This document shows positions 14,101 through 27,518 of a stretch of 64,000 bases of DNA, piece after piece (positions within the stretch are counted from its first letter, which is position 1; every line of letters begins with the position of its first letter). A program made the translations under genes and the position numbers. Source of the stretch: Enoplolaimus lenunculus (Eukaryota); the NCBI GenBank assembly GCA_030248215.1, contig JASANG010003765.1, positions 372,001 to 436,000 on the forward strand. The letters run 5' to 3'. Under the pieces are notes generated by a model. The model was not told where the DNA came from. It worked only from the letters and a program-made list of their open reading frames with translations, and did not search any database.

Positions 14101-17100
14101 CATAAACAAACTCGCAATACGCACGTCACTGCAATTGACGCCCGAAGCGGTTGTTTGTATATCGTGCGTAAATGAAGGCGGTTGGTCTTCAAAAATTAAC
14201 GGTTAGTCAAAAACTAACACAGTTCTTAAGTCTGACTATGCCATTGAGTAGACTAATAAAGCTATTACGAAATAAAATTATTGCAATTATAATGTGTTGC
14301 TCAAAAAATTTGCGCTAACGCAAATAGTTATTTTATAGAGCTCCATTTTGGAGTTAATATATATCGGCTTGGTTTACCAAAGCCAACTTAAGTACGACTT
14401 AACTGGAACGATTTATCGTTTCGGAAAGTGTACTTAAGTTTAATAAATACTTATGTCAAAGTCAGTCACCAAATTTAAAGAACTGCAGGCTATAACAGTG
14501 CTGGCATCGGATTGCCATTGTTGCCCGAACGGCGATTTCCCAAACGCGACAATTTTCCAAACGACAATTGCTCAAACGTAGTAATTGCCCAAACGACAAT
14601 TGCTCAACTGTGACAATCGTTTCAGCGGCGGTTGTCAAAATCTACAACTGCCCAAATGTTAATATATAACAATTATAACGGGTCATGTTACGCATAGCAG
14701 CCTGGCAACTGTAGTGACCAAAATCAGAAGATATGATAATACTCGAACCTCCTGCATAACGTTTTTAAGTCCAAAATATTTTCAGAGCTAGGCTGTTCTG
14801 CTCAAAAGACAGAAAATTATGTTTTGGGCTACCGTCACATTGGTTAATTGTCGTTTGAGCAATGGTCAATTTGGACAATTGTAGTTCGGTCAATTTAGGA
14901 GTGTGAAAAATCGTCGTTTGTGTAATCGTCGCGCTCGGGCAATTGTCGTTTGGGCTACTGTCGTTTGGGTAACCGCCGTAGACCCGTTCTGGCATGCTAT
15001 CATTGACTACAACTGAGGAGTTTAGTCCACTATCGACTTAAGTCAGGAAAGATTTACGATTCAGGGTCCAAGTATTTGACGAGTACACTTCACCGGATTA
15101 AATTGTTTATCTCATTGCAAAGTGAGGACTGGAAACTCCAAGTTGGTGTCGCATCCAATATAGATTCATTTAGCTTGCAACAATGCTTATCGAAAACCTA
15201 TGATATTAAGTTAGATCTGCGAAACATAACTAAAATCTAACTTAAGGCATATGCATCGGCGGATTCAAGGTGGCATCCCGGCTTAGCCTTTCCCCAGCAG
15301 AGATCACGACCAAGATTTTGTGTTAAAGTTTAGCAATGTAAATGGTGTCTGTCATCTTGCTCGCTTCGCTAGCTAGTTTTTAAACTATTACATTTGGCGC
15401 AGTCCTTTTTCAGAAACTTGTGAATCCGCCGCTGGCCATAGGTCGACTTAAAGTCATGTTCAAAGTATGGTTTCGTAACTTATACTTACATGGTATCACC
15501 AGTGGCGCACCCAGAAATCTGAATTGGGGGCCGTATCCAGGTCCATGTATTTGGGTACCCACTCCTCACAGCCAAATTTAGAACAATTTAGCATTAACGG
15601 GACCATTATCTTTGGTGTGTAATTTTTTAGTTTTATACAGTTTGACCAATTCATAACTATACCATGATATCGTTCTCATCTTTGGTATCCAGGTACTAGG
15701 TTGCTCGTAGCTTTGTAATCGTGGAAACAATAAAAAAATGAATAAAACAATTACTTGCTGTTTATTGACCTATGAACTCGATCATTTCACAACCTGGTAG
15801 TCTAAACATACTACATATGGAAATAGCACCTTTTAAGTTAATTGTAGCAAATTTTCACCAACAAATAATTATCAACCCACGTTCGTACACAAGAAGCGCT
15901 GGAATAACGGATGTTTCCACGATCGAAAGTTCGCCAACAACCGAACATCGAATTTTAGCGGTGAATCAAGTGGTCAACGAATTGAAGCAACATTTGGCAC
16001 AATATTTAGAATGGAAACCTATCACAGACTTGCTACCAGTACGTTCAAATCGGAACAGTTACTAAGGCGTCACTTGGCTGCAATGGCGCCAGTAGAATAT
16101 TGGGTTGGGATGTGCTTCGTGCACCTTTTGAGGCGAAACGTATTATTGCGCTATTATTACGCCTCGGCGTATGTGATGCCTGGTTTTGATTTCGCTGCTG
16201 CGCCCGTAGTTGATACATTAACGTAGTGGACCCATTTCGCTGGCAGAGGGCTCGGATTTCCAAGCCGCTGTCCTGTGTTTACGAACATCGTGATAAAGTT
16301 GATACGCAAGTTAATACACAGCAGTATTTTGGTACTCACTGAGTAACGCCGATGGATATTCTTGATAGTATAATTGCGACGTTAATACACAGGCGTTAGA
16401 AAAATATTAAAATCAGTTCCCGAGAGTGTAAATTGTTAAAATTTACACATATATTTGTTAATTTTGATAATTTTATTATAATGAAGCCAAAAGCGTTTGT
16501 AAGATAATCAGTCCTAAAGCGTTGAAATCGTTTTCCATTCAGGCATAAACACAAAGTTAAAAAGCTAAAATTTTAATGGATATTACACGCATCTGATGTG
16601 GTTTTTAGAATAAACCTACCGATATTGCGACGCTAAAATTTGATAAACCGACAGTTTACATATTCCCGGCAGGACAAGGAGATTGTGCATTTTTTGGAGT
16701 GGCAGGATTTACACTTCTTATTGATGGCGGCGCTCAAGCATGCCCAGATTTTTGGTCCTTTATTCGCCGAATTGATCGTATTGACGCTTTGCTTGTCACC
16801 CGGCCAGTTTCAAGCGGAACCGCGGCTGTATGGACGTTAGGTCGATGGCTGGGTAAATAATTTGAAATTGACAAATTGTACCGATGATCAATCAGCTAGT
16901 TTGGTTAAAATCCTGTTAATGCAAATGCATATTTGTTTTCAAGTATACTTCCCGCATATTTACGCTTGCCGGCTGAGACTTGGGTTGAGGAAAAAAGGCT
17001 TAGGCCCCTCAAACTTGCATGTGCAAATGATAGCATCGAGAACTTGCAGCTGAAAAACCCACTATTAACACTCGCATTTAACAGTTTACAGCTCAAGTTC

Positions 17101-20100
17101 TCGATGCAAAATGTTGCACGTGCAGTTTTAAATACGAAAACTTGCAGTTGCAAATGGCAACTGCAAGTTGTCGCTGCCAAAATCGCACGCATGAATGCAG
17201 CTTAACCTATATCTAAGCTTTTGTTTAAGCCTTTTCCATAGCCTATACGTCAACTTGGAATATGGAAGAAAGTGTTCGAAAGATAAAAGAACTAAGCACA
17301 ACTGATCAGCTAATTTTTTAAACCGTGCGAAAATATAATATGCTTTATGTATACGCATGATATGTAATAGCTGACGTTCAGAAGTGCGTGAGATAAACCA
17401 CCACCCATCAAACATTATTTCAGCGTGTTCTGAACCTGGTCCAAAATTAGGTTACGCGTTTATGAATACTGTTGAACGGAAATCGCTGAAAAAACCAACA
17501 CGCGAGTCGACAAACAACGCATCGAACACTCTGCTAATTGATATGTACAACGAAGGACACATACTGCGGACAAATCTCGAACGAGTTGGAGTAAAACCAC
17601 AATCGTGTTTGTCACATTTAACGAAACCTCCGGTTACAATTATTCCGGTGACGTTGTACTCGAAGATTGGGCACGGTCAATTGCAATTGTACCTATTAAA
17701 CCCAACAAAGGATATGAAAGAGTATAAGGTATGGCTTCTGAGATGTAGTAAAGTTTTGTACTCGAAGATTGGGCACGGTCAATTGCAATTGTACCTATTA
17801 AACCCAACAAAGGATATGAAAGAGTATAAGGTATGGCTTCTGAGATGTAGTAAAGTTTTGTACTCGAAGATTGGGCAGGTCAATTGCAATTGTACCTATT
17901 AAACCCAACAAAGGATATGAAAGAGTATAAGGTATGGCTTCTGAGATGTAGTAAAGTTTTGTACTCGAAGATTGGGCACGGTCAATTGCAATTGTACCTA
18001 TTAAACCCAACAAAGGATATGAAAGAGTATAAGGTATGGCTTCTGAGATGTAGTAAAGTTTTGTACTCGAAGATTGGGCACGGTCAATTGCAATTGTACC
18101 TATTAAACCCAACAAAGGATATGAAAGAGTATAAGGTATGGCTTCTGAGATGTAGTAAAGTTTTGTACTCGAAGATTGGGCACGGTCAATTGCAATTGTA
18201 CCTATTAAACCCAACAAAGGATATGAAAGAGTATAAGGTATGGCTTCTGAGATGTAGTAAAGTTTTGTACTCGAAGATTGGGCACGGTCAATTGCAATTG
18301 TACCTATTAAACCCAACAAAGGATATGAAAGAGTATAAGGTATGGCTTCTGAGATGTAGTAAAGTTTTGTACTCGAAGATTGGGCACGGTCAATTGCAAT
18401 TGTACCTATTAAACCCAACAAAGGATATGAAAGAGTATAAGGTATGGCTTCTGAGATGTAGTAAAGTTTTGTACTCGAAGATTGGGCACGGTCAATTGCA
18501 ATTGTACCTATTAAACCCAACAAAGGATATGAAAGAGTATAAGGTATGGCTTCTGAGATGTAGTAAAGTTTTGTACTCGAAGATTGGGCACGGTCAATTG
18601 CAATTGTACCTATTAAACCCAACAAAGGATATGAAAGAGTATAAGGTATGGCTTCTGAGATGTAGTAAAGTTTTGTACTCGAAGATTGGGCACGGTCAAT
18701 TGCAATTGTACCTATTAAACCCAACAAAGGATATGAAAGAGTATAAGGTATGGCTTCTGAGATGTAGTAAAGTTTTGTACTCGAAGATTGGGCACGGTCA
18801 ATTGCAATTGTACCTATTAAACCCAACAAAGGATATGAAAGAGTATAAGGTACGGCTTCTGAGATGTAGTAAAGTTTTGTACTCGAAGATTGGGCACGGT
18901 CAATTGCAATTGTACCTATTAAACCCAACAAAGGATATGAAAGAGTATAAGGTATGGCTTCTGAGATGTAGTAAAGTTTTGTACTCGAAGATTGGGCACG
19001 GTCAATTGCAATTGTACCTATTAAACCCAACAAAGGATATGAAAGAGTATAAGGTATGGCTTCTGAGATGTAGTAAAGTTTTGTACTCGAAGATTGGGCA
19101 CGGTCAATTGCAATTGTACCTATTAAACCCAACAAAGGATATGAAAGAGTATAAGGTATGGCTTCTGAGATGTAGTAAAGTTTTGTACTCGAAGATTGGG
19201 CACGGTCAATTGCAATTGTACCTATTAAACCCAACAAAGGATATGAAAGAGTATAAGGTATGGCTTCTGAGATGTAGTAAAGTTTTGCAATATTGTACGT
19301 AGCTTGAAGAAAACCCGGCAGAATAGTTTAAATGGTCTCGGAATTAGTGACGGTCATTGGTTAGTTTTGTATATATGGATATTCGGCGGTGAATAAATCG
19401 CCTCGGATTAGCTGATTTAGCATAAGACGTTTTTTCAAATCTCGATATTTGATAGTCATTTTGAGATATTTTTATTCAGATATATTTGTTTTCGGATACA
19501 TATTTATTATATAAATATTTTTCATTTTCAAATATTCAAATGTCAGTTGGACTTCTATACTCGGAATTGTTAAGGCACATAGAAGCCCAGTGTCCACAAA
19601 GTAATGCTGTAGTCTCTAACGAACATTGTACGCAGCATCTTCTATATGTGCTTCTGAGAAATCATTGAATTCAAGAAAAGTGTAGAGTGTTGTGTTGGTG
19701 AAGTAATTTAATTTTGCATTTTTGTGATCAGCGGAGGAAGTGTAATAAAACATTCAAACTTTTAATGGGTTCTCGGCGAAAGAAATTATATTCTGCCTTT
19801 CTTGCAGGACTTTATTGAGCATTGGTACTTTCAAGGACCGCCGATGCAACCTCGAGATAGCGGTGATCAGTTTTATCCGCCGTTTTTCGACGTCGCATCG
19901 ATAGCCGCATTAATAATTTGGACGCCAGCAGATGCGTCGCAACGCATATTGCGGTTTCTGTATCCTGGAAGCGTTCCTGCGGTAAAATATTATCATATCG
20001 TAAAAGTTTCATGTTTAGGAACTGTGTACACGGAAACTTCATACGAAGATTCGCGAAGACGAGAATGATTTCAATTTTTTTCGACTAAACTTTAGACGAA

Positions 20101-23100
20101 ATTAAAGATCTTTAACATTCTTCTAAGTTATAATCGTCAGCAAATTTTAGAATTTAGGGCGCATAACAAATACCAATTTCGTTGGAGTGATGTAATATAT
20201 TGCTGTCTACATAGAGTAAACGTACAATATTAGCTGGCTCATGGAAAATTACAGATTATATGACACTGGTTAGATTCTTGTTATAGCAATCAGAAACAGT
20301 AGAATATTAAAATAAATTGAGTATTTAAGAAACAACAATTGATTACGATTAGCTGCATACAGATAGAGTTTTGAGCTGGTTCATCGACTATTTTGCAGTA
20401 GTTGTTTTTTCGCCTTGTTCTAATTAATTTTCTTCAGCCAAAACTATTCATTGCGCTAAAAAGGCTTGAAAATTTGGAACCGTTGACAATACCTGGAGTG
20501 CTCCGTCCACCAACGGTTATCCGCATTCCGGCTACAAACTCACCTGAAATTAAGCCGAAAACGGTGACTGTCGCGTCTCCAATTGCAGTTGATCTTGATG
20601 AAGATATGATTATTCTTAATCGAACAAATGCTGTCACTTCAACTCGTGATGATTCGCAAGAAAATGAATATACATCGTTGACATCGACAAATGGGTGTCA
20701 CACCAACGACACCATTTCAACCACGGCTGTTTTGAGCAATGGTGCTCAAGCGAATGGTATGCAGCAACGACCGCTTGACAAAGAAAACAGCACAAAATTT
20801 GACATTGATCAAGTTGATAATGTTGGCAGTAAGTGTTGTTAGCATGGACACCGACAGAATATCGTGTTGAAGTGAGCAAGGGTTTAGTGAAGAAAATTTT
20901 AAATGAACCATTACAGCCGCAAATTTTTCGTTTCTGAAGACATTTCTACTCCATATAGCTATCTTGCACATATACTTGCCAATGTCCACAAGTGTACACT
21001 ATTTAAGATCTAAAGATTTGCTTGAGTGTATATCTTAAAGCTTCTAACGAGAGCTTCAGAGATACAGAAACTGAATTGGGACAATTTCGGACTGCCCTGA
21101 TATTTTTAGTACTTTCTGAAATTTTTTAAACGATATATGCAACATTGTTCTGTATTCAAGCTACTGTCAACTCAGAATACCTTCAAGAAATATATGGAAT
21201 TTCTGATACTGCACCGGACGAATTTGATAAGCCGACAGCGACTAATATCAGCATGCGATGCAAGCTAGCCGGTATATATATTTCATTTTGCTGCTAATGT
21301 TTTTCGTTTTCAAACTGTGAGTATACCCGGGTCAGAGAATCACGTCAGCCGTCTGGCCCGCGATAGAACATTAAATTTTCGCTCCATGTATAATGGGTGA
21401 AGATTTTCGCAGATGTTGCCGCAGATGAAGCAGATTGCCCAGGTGCAACTGGATGTGACAAAACCGGAGCCACGTAGCGCCCCCATACTTCAAAATGAGG
21501 GGTCCTCACACAAAAGCGGCCCCTCACAAGATTTTATAAGGGTGTTCGCATAAACATTTTAATTTTCTTCGATAATTAACTAAATATCACAAACTTTTTT
21601 GGATGTCAACAGGAAACTGCTTAACCGCAACTGCTTTCACCGACGAAAGCAGATATCCGGTTCAGTACCCTGCGATTTCTCGTCATTGTCTGTGAAAAGC
21701 AATCATGATTGTCAGACGCTTAAGATTTTTAGACAACAATCTCGTATAGATAGGTTATCACGTAAATTTTTCACTGATTATAACACATTCTGAAAAATGG
21801 TTTGTTTTCTATTATATATTTTAGGCTCACAAAAATTGCCTAACGTTACGATTGTATCGCCAAAAGGAACGGTTGACGCGCACGAAACTTCGGCTGGGTT
21901 CACGTTGTCAGCGGCGGCGGCAAAAACTGTTAACACAAACGATAAAGTTTTGGCCAATGCCACGGTTGATGATGAAGATGATGATGACGATGACGACGAA
22001 GAACATGAACTGGACATTGACGATAATCATTCAGATGAAGAAGTTGGTGTACAACGCGCCGGCGCTGAAACGTGAGCACAATCGCGTATAGGGGCGTAGC
22101 TAAGCATGCCAGACCTGTATCTTGAGGTCTTCCAGGAGGTTGGACATAACCCTACCGGACAAATTTTGGCACGCAAGAAAATTTCTTCCTGAATGCCGTT
22201 TAAACGGTTTTGGCTTATCTTGGTATGTTGAGCTGATTAAGGGCCTCAAAGAGGGCGCCTTCAGTGATTTTGTCCAAGTTAATTTCAGTTAAGCATTAAA
22301 TGCTAGCTAAGACAAATACATTTAAAAACAAAACCATATATATTCCTTACTAATTGAAGTGGTCTTCCCTAAACCAGACTCTTGACTCCGGCTCCGGTAT
22401 TCTACATTGTCGAATATATATTTCTAAAACTATAACATAACTCTATGTTATTGATAAATAAAAGTGGTTCAATAAGGTCAGTTACATTACCAAGACCCCT
22501 GTAGAAGCAAGACCTTTTTGTTTGAAAAGGCATTTAAAATTATCCGGCTCCGGTGTTCAGTTGAACTATGAAGTATGTGTTATGTATATTGTCTTCAGGG
22601 ATGTTTGCGTAGTGGAACAACTTACAACCAGTTCAACGGCTAATAACGGAAAATGTGATTCGACGGAGAGTTTCTCAGTCACCGGTCATACCAGATTCAA
22701 ATTCAATCCGGATTGTGAAAATTCAAACATCGCAGATGTTAATAATTATTTTAACAAAAACAATACTCTTAACACTGAAGAAACTACCGTTTTATCTCCG
22801 GTTAAAACAGTGTCGCAAACTGTACCAATATGCTGCCGCACTGATTCTAGCGAGGGATTTAATAATAACGCAACTCATGAGATAAATGCACGGCTTGACA
22901 GCGAAAATAAACTTACTGTCGCAGATTTACAAGCGGAATGGGGCGAACCGTTGCATATGCCTCCAGCGCCGCCTCCGGCTGCAGTAAAATCACCTTCTAC
23001 AAAACCCAAATCAGGAATCGTTGATCCAAATCGAACAAGTAGTTCTGGTGCAAGTTCAGACGTTGAAGAAGTGGAATCTCATAGTTCTTCAGTAATGGAT

Positions 23101-25129
23101 CAAAATACCCCAACCCACGACGTTCCTAATAGTCCGGCAGATAAGCCGCAGTCTCGGGGGGCTCCAGCAAAGCACGCAAGTCCACGCAAAACGGTTGGTT
23201 CTAAAACAACAAGTGACAAGGAACGTAACAATGCGAAGACTGTACAAGGAACCGCACCTGTGCCGTCGAAACCTAATCGCTCCGACCGCAGCGGTACTTC
23301 TCCAGCTGTATCCAAAAAACTAACTTCAGGCAGAACACCACCAGCGGAGCAGTCTCGTAACAAACCAGCGTCTATGGCTGCTAGTAGTTCTGGTGTTGCC
23401 GGGAAACGCGGTTCATCATCAGTGACACAAGCTATGAACAAGTCTCGAGGAGCACGAAATCCGATTGCAAGAAGTAGTCTGCAAGCGTCCGGTGAACCGC
23501 TGCACCTATCAACAGGACAGGCAGCGTCAAGACATTCATCAGCTGCTTCGTCAATATCTGGTTCTCGATCAAATCTAGCTGCTAGGACCACCGCCACTGG
23601 TCGTGGTCGTAGTTCACCAGGCGCAACCAGAGGACTCGCTGGGTCTCATGGTCCGAAAGGTGGTGTCCGTCATAGCGTCGGCCCAGGTGCCGGTATCGCG
23701 TCGCCTTTGAAATCCAGTGGAACGTTTGGTGGAAAAAAACCAGTCTTGCAAAATCTCAATCTTGCTCCGAACGGTCTACCAAGCCATTATGCGGATTTGA
23801 AATCTCCTGGTGGCACCCCTGCAGCTCTCCAGCGTCCCTACTATTTCGATATAGTATACTTGCCTCATCACGGCAATCCACACTATGTTGATGACGAATT
23901 TTTTATGTGGATACGCTCAAAAAACTACGTAATATCCTCTCTTGAAGTAGGAACCCAAGTATTGGATAATATTCTTGCTGGTAAGTAGGGGTTCGTTCGA
24001 CTTTAAAACCATCATATTTAAATGTAAATTTTAAAGATTTATTTATTAGTCTTTAGTTGATGCAAACTCTGCTTCGGGATCCATTATGTTAAGCACAGGT
24101 TCTAGCCGCGAGTTTTTACTGAATCGCAATTTCTTCAGTCTTGTGGCACAGAAATTTTTGTACCGTTAGTGTCTCCCAATTCGTATCAGTTTAAAAATTT
24201 TTGCTTGAGAAATTGTGCTCAAATGCTAATAAACAACCAAACACAGGCAACTATAATATCACGTAAGTACATATAGCTTTGTGTTATCTATTTACCTCCA
24301 AATCTGAACTTGATCATATAACCCTGATGTTTAAATGTATGAGATTAAAAGTACAATATCGAAACGTAGCGTTCATTGTTACACTGCAAAAACGGTGAGT
24401 CAAATTGACTGACGCGCGCTTGACTCTGGCGGAGTCGAATTTGACTCGTGATTGTGTAGTCCCGTAGAGTCTATTTCGGAAAGAGTCAATTTGACTCTCC
24501 TTTTTACAGCGTACATGGTTTTGACTGCATGTTATAGGCCGAAAAGTTTGGGAAGGTCGTCATCCAGACCTTACTATAATACCTACATATGAAACAGAAA
24601 ATGTCAAAGTATGGAAAACTGTTCACAAAGACGAATTAGAAGAGTACAGAATGGAGCTGTCTGTTCCAGCAAGCCGGTGAGTTGGAAGGTTTTAATAGTG
24701 TTGAACAAATACTGTAAGATTCTGATATTACACCGATATGCACTTCTCAACGATTGATCCGGGCTTCCTACGTTTTCGTCTTCTTTCAAAGTGTGAGTTT
24801 AGTTTCAATAAGTAAAAATGCAATGAATTTCGCAAATGCTAGGTTTTGTGATGGTTTAATTCTCATTTAAGTTGCTAAGTTTAAGTAAAAACATTTAAGA
24901 GTAAAACAGAAGCAAACACCTCTTGAGTTTTTGTAGGAAAAATACAAAATCATACTTCCTTTTTGCCGTCTGAAAGTTGGTTAACTTTCTTTGTGTAGTT
25001 TCAGGCGTGCACCTTGCGTAAATTAATGTTATAGGCAATATTGGAATGTTGCTATATTTCAGAAGCGGTCTGGATATTAAAGAATACAACTCATCGTCAT
25101 CGTGCTTTGTGTATAAAATTGAAATTTAA
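8157..25129 (+). CDS. futsch: Microtubule-associated protein 1 family (MAP1A/1B/1S, futsch, maph-1 homologue), about 1246 aa
   Basis: Exons 8157-8244, 12412-12510, 13292-13435, 14043-14201, 15848-16038, 16609-16852, 17424-17728, 19808-19981, 20438-20828, 21161-21271, 21825-22071, 22599-23980, 24538-24676, 25063-25129; all GT-AG, phases consistent, 3741 nt total. Heavy-chain motifs LMSWN, VFIINPT, VYIFPAGQGDCAFF, LIDGG, FWSFIRRIDRIDALLVT, LYSKIGHGQLQLYLLNP, AALIIWTP..RFLYPG; light-chain motifs YFDIVYLPHHG..FF..IRS.NYVIS, VLDNILAG, TIIPTYET and C-terminal SCFVYKIEI*. Exons in the disordered middle (21161-22071) are less certain. Confidence 0.93.
11141..11547. mobile_element. TA-flanked MITE (Tc1/mariner-pogo type)
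   Basis: Terminal inverted repeats CTGTATTGACCCGAATAAG / CTTATTCGGGTCACTACAT with TA on both sides; internal AATAAGAG subrepeats. Confidence 0.75.
13000..13162. mobile_element. Short GC-rich fold-back element; the CCGTCA-subrepeat elements at about 44670-44915 and 57050-57190 may be related
   Basis: Ends ggagttgcgc / gcgcaaccct; GC-rich interior contrasts with the AT-rich intron. Confidence 0.55.
14505..14995. mobile_element. Fold-back MITE with ACAATTGCCCAAACG-type subrepeats
   Basis: Left-arm repeats acgacaattgctcaa mirror right-arm repeats aattgtcgtttgagc/tttggg. Confidence 0.7.
15254..15433. mobile_element. hAT-like MITE family (CAGTGGCGGATCC-type ends); relatives at about 9292-9573, 28593-29162, 36779-37125
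   Basis: Inverted ends catcggcggattca / tgaatccgccgctg; cagtggcggatccagaaat / atttctggatccgcc in the 28593 copy. Confidence 0.65.
17654..19284 (+). repeat. Tandem array of 16 x 102-bp units spanning the MAP1 exon-7/intron-7 junction
   Basis: Units start at 17654, 17756, 17858, 17959, 18061 and then every 102 bp to 19183. Only two differences seen: a 1-nt deletion in copy 3 (near 17878) and T>C at 18853 in copy 12. Confidence 0.98.
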
Positions 25130-27518
25130 GACTGTTTAAACCACTGTTCAGACGTGCAACCTTTTGCAGTTGCAACTTGCGTGCGTAATTTGCATATTCT
25201 TTTCGGTCTCAGAATACGTTCAAAATACTTGCTGCTAGAGTTTGCTTAAATAGCTTGTGGGGAACCTTACTTTTGCGAGTCATAAAAAATTTATTGCAGC
25301 ACTTACTTAATCTATTTCGATCCGCTTAAAAATGTCATTGCTGCTCTATTTCAAGTATTGCGCATCTTCCTTTTTATAGAAATTTTTAATTAAATCACAT
25401 GCCAAATACATTTTATACGCAGCAGTCTTTGCGTGGTTGAATGAACCGGTTTTAAATCAACAGAACATTATAGTAAATAAGCGTTGATAGTTTAAAAAGG
25501 CCTTCAATATTTGAGATTTCGCGTAAAACTTTGCTAACGTGTACGTCTTTTCAAGCTGTAAAGCTGTTTAAAATGTGAAGGTTTTACACGGATATGCATT
25601 CACATAAGTTATTCATGAATGGATGCGTTAAATCTGAACAACTTGTCTCTGCGGGTGCCAATCCCGAGGGGGTGGTGGGTCACAGAACCACCACTTTTTT
25701 AGTGTAAAACTTAGTCGTTTTGACCCTACTTTCACTTTTGAAAGTAAAAACTTGACTGGTTTATTAGTACCCGAAACGTCTGACAGGCTATCGGAGGGTA
25801 TGCACGACAAGGAATGACACCATTGTACTCAGCAAGTCATTTTCTATTAGACCACTTTTTGTTAATAGGGTTTTCAGATTCCGTACCTCCGCCCGCTTCT
25901 TGGAAAAGGTGAACATGTATAAATTACTGAATGACCCTTCCACCCGTTTTAACAGCAGATTGTCGCCTGCTCATTTGCTTATGATATTCTAGCCGTCTGC
26001 AATTTATTGCTGTAGTTGTATTTAATGTTTTCATGGAATTACGTGCTGTGCAAGTAGCACATGCATGTTACATATGTCAAATGTAAAGTGCACCTGCAAA
26101 AATTTGCACCTACGAACAGGACGTAACAAAGCGAAAACTAATCGTATGTTTAGTTTGCATTGCATTCAGTGCGTAGAAAAATCTTTTCATGTTTTGTTTA
26201 GTGCGGTTTTAGATTTATAAATATATTATTAGCAGTGCGATTTAGGTGTATTTTAGGGTGCTTATTCTCAAATGCGTATAACACCTATCACTGGTGATAT
26301 GTTTTAAGGCTCACGAACTTTGGAAGGTGCGAAAATCAGAATTTGCATTGATTCAAAAGTTACAAGATCTATCACCAACTGGTGATTGGTGCAACACGCA
26401 TCGGAGAATAGGGCATTATTCTAAATATTCGATTAGAAATGAATTAAAACTGATTTTAAAGAAAAATAAATAAAAAATGGCAGAATTGAAAATATATATC
26501 ACAAGTTTTAAAATGACCTAGTGTTAAATATTTTTAAGAAAATCAGTGTTTTTATGGGTTTCTATAGCGCAAAAGACATTAAAGTATCTTACATACGGCA
26601 TATATCTCAAATGCTTTGGGAAAATTGACCGTTATTAATACGGTCAAAATCAAACAAAAAAGGTTTAAACCTAATATCACTTGCGGTTTTTACTTAGAGC
26701 AGCAAAAATTATGGCTTTTCGACTATCAATCCCGAGTTGGCGGTAAAGTTTGAAATTATTTTGGTCATCAGACAACGATACTTTACGAAGAAAGCCGTCG
26801 TCAATGTATAGAATAGTGCCGTATCGAATAAAACACACTGCATAAATAGTGAGTCAAATTGACTCTCTCCGAAATACGCTTTTCCGGACTACATAAACTG
26901 AGTCAAATTTCGACTCTGGGCTTATACCTAAGCCTAAACAAAAAAATAGTCTAAAAGCGTACTCTATTGCAATCGTACGAAAATACAGTCCGCCCCTCAT
27001 CTATACATGGACCAAACTTTGGTAAGAAAAAACCGTACTCGAATAACGCTGGAATCCAACGGAAATAAAGACCATAATTGTTAATTTTAATGGTGCATTA
27101 TACACCAATAACTTAAACATGTATAAATTTTAGAAGCCAAAGGTATTGTTCTTCTTTTTCTACATAACCGTTTCTGTTGTGTTTTAAATAGCAAAGCTGT
27201 AATAATTACCACTTTAGCTTTATTACGCATCGACCCCAAGTGCTAACACGTATCAATTAGCTTATCGAAAATACATGACCAACACACTATGAAAATTCGG
27301 AAAACAATGAAAGAGCTAAATATAAGAATATTCAAATAAAATCAGAAATCTTGTATTATAGAACGTTAAGTCAAAATATGATACGAGTAATAGGTTATCA
27401 ATCTTTTTAGAATTTAATAAATGAACTGGACACTATATATGGTCTACGAATTATTTCAACGGGTAAAATTGTTCTGTAGTGTTTATTGAAATCGCAAGAT
27501 GGGATGAAAATATGAAAT

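Noticed and set aside
17654..19284. CRISPR array
   Set aside because: Units are identical head-to-tail with no unique spacers, in a eukaryotic intron context.
17798..19302. ORFs of 479 aa (minus) and 472 aa (plus) as standalone repeat proteins
   Set aside because: Both are by-products of the 102-bp array; the plus frame is duplicated MAP1 exon/intron sequence and the minus frame is its antisense.
23100..23597. 165-aa minus-strand ORF and similar antisense ORFs over the long CDSs
   Set aside because: Antisense shadows of GC-richer coding exons.
24853..24880. Spliced-leader RNA gene (GGTTTAATT)
   Set aside because: Only the first 9 nt match nematode SL1; no following donor or Sm site.
25878..25992. 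Alternative last exon of MAP1
   Set aside because: In phase and open, but 25063-25129 gives the conserved SC..YKIE-type terminus, and this stretch lies within a MITE-bounded region.
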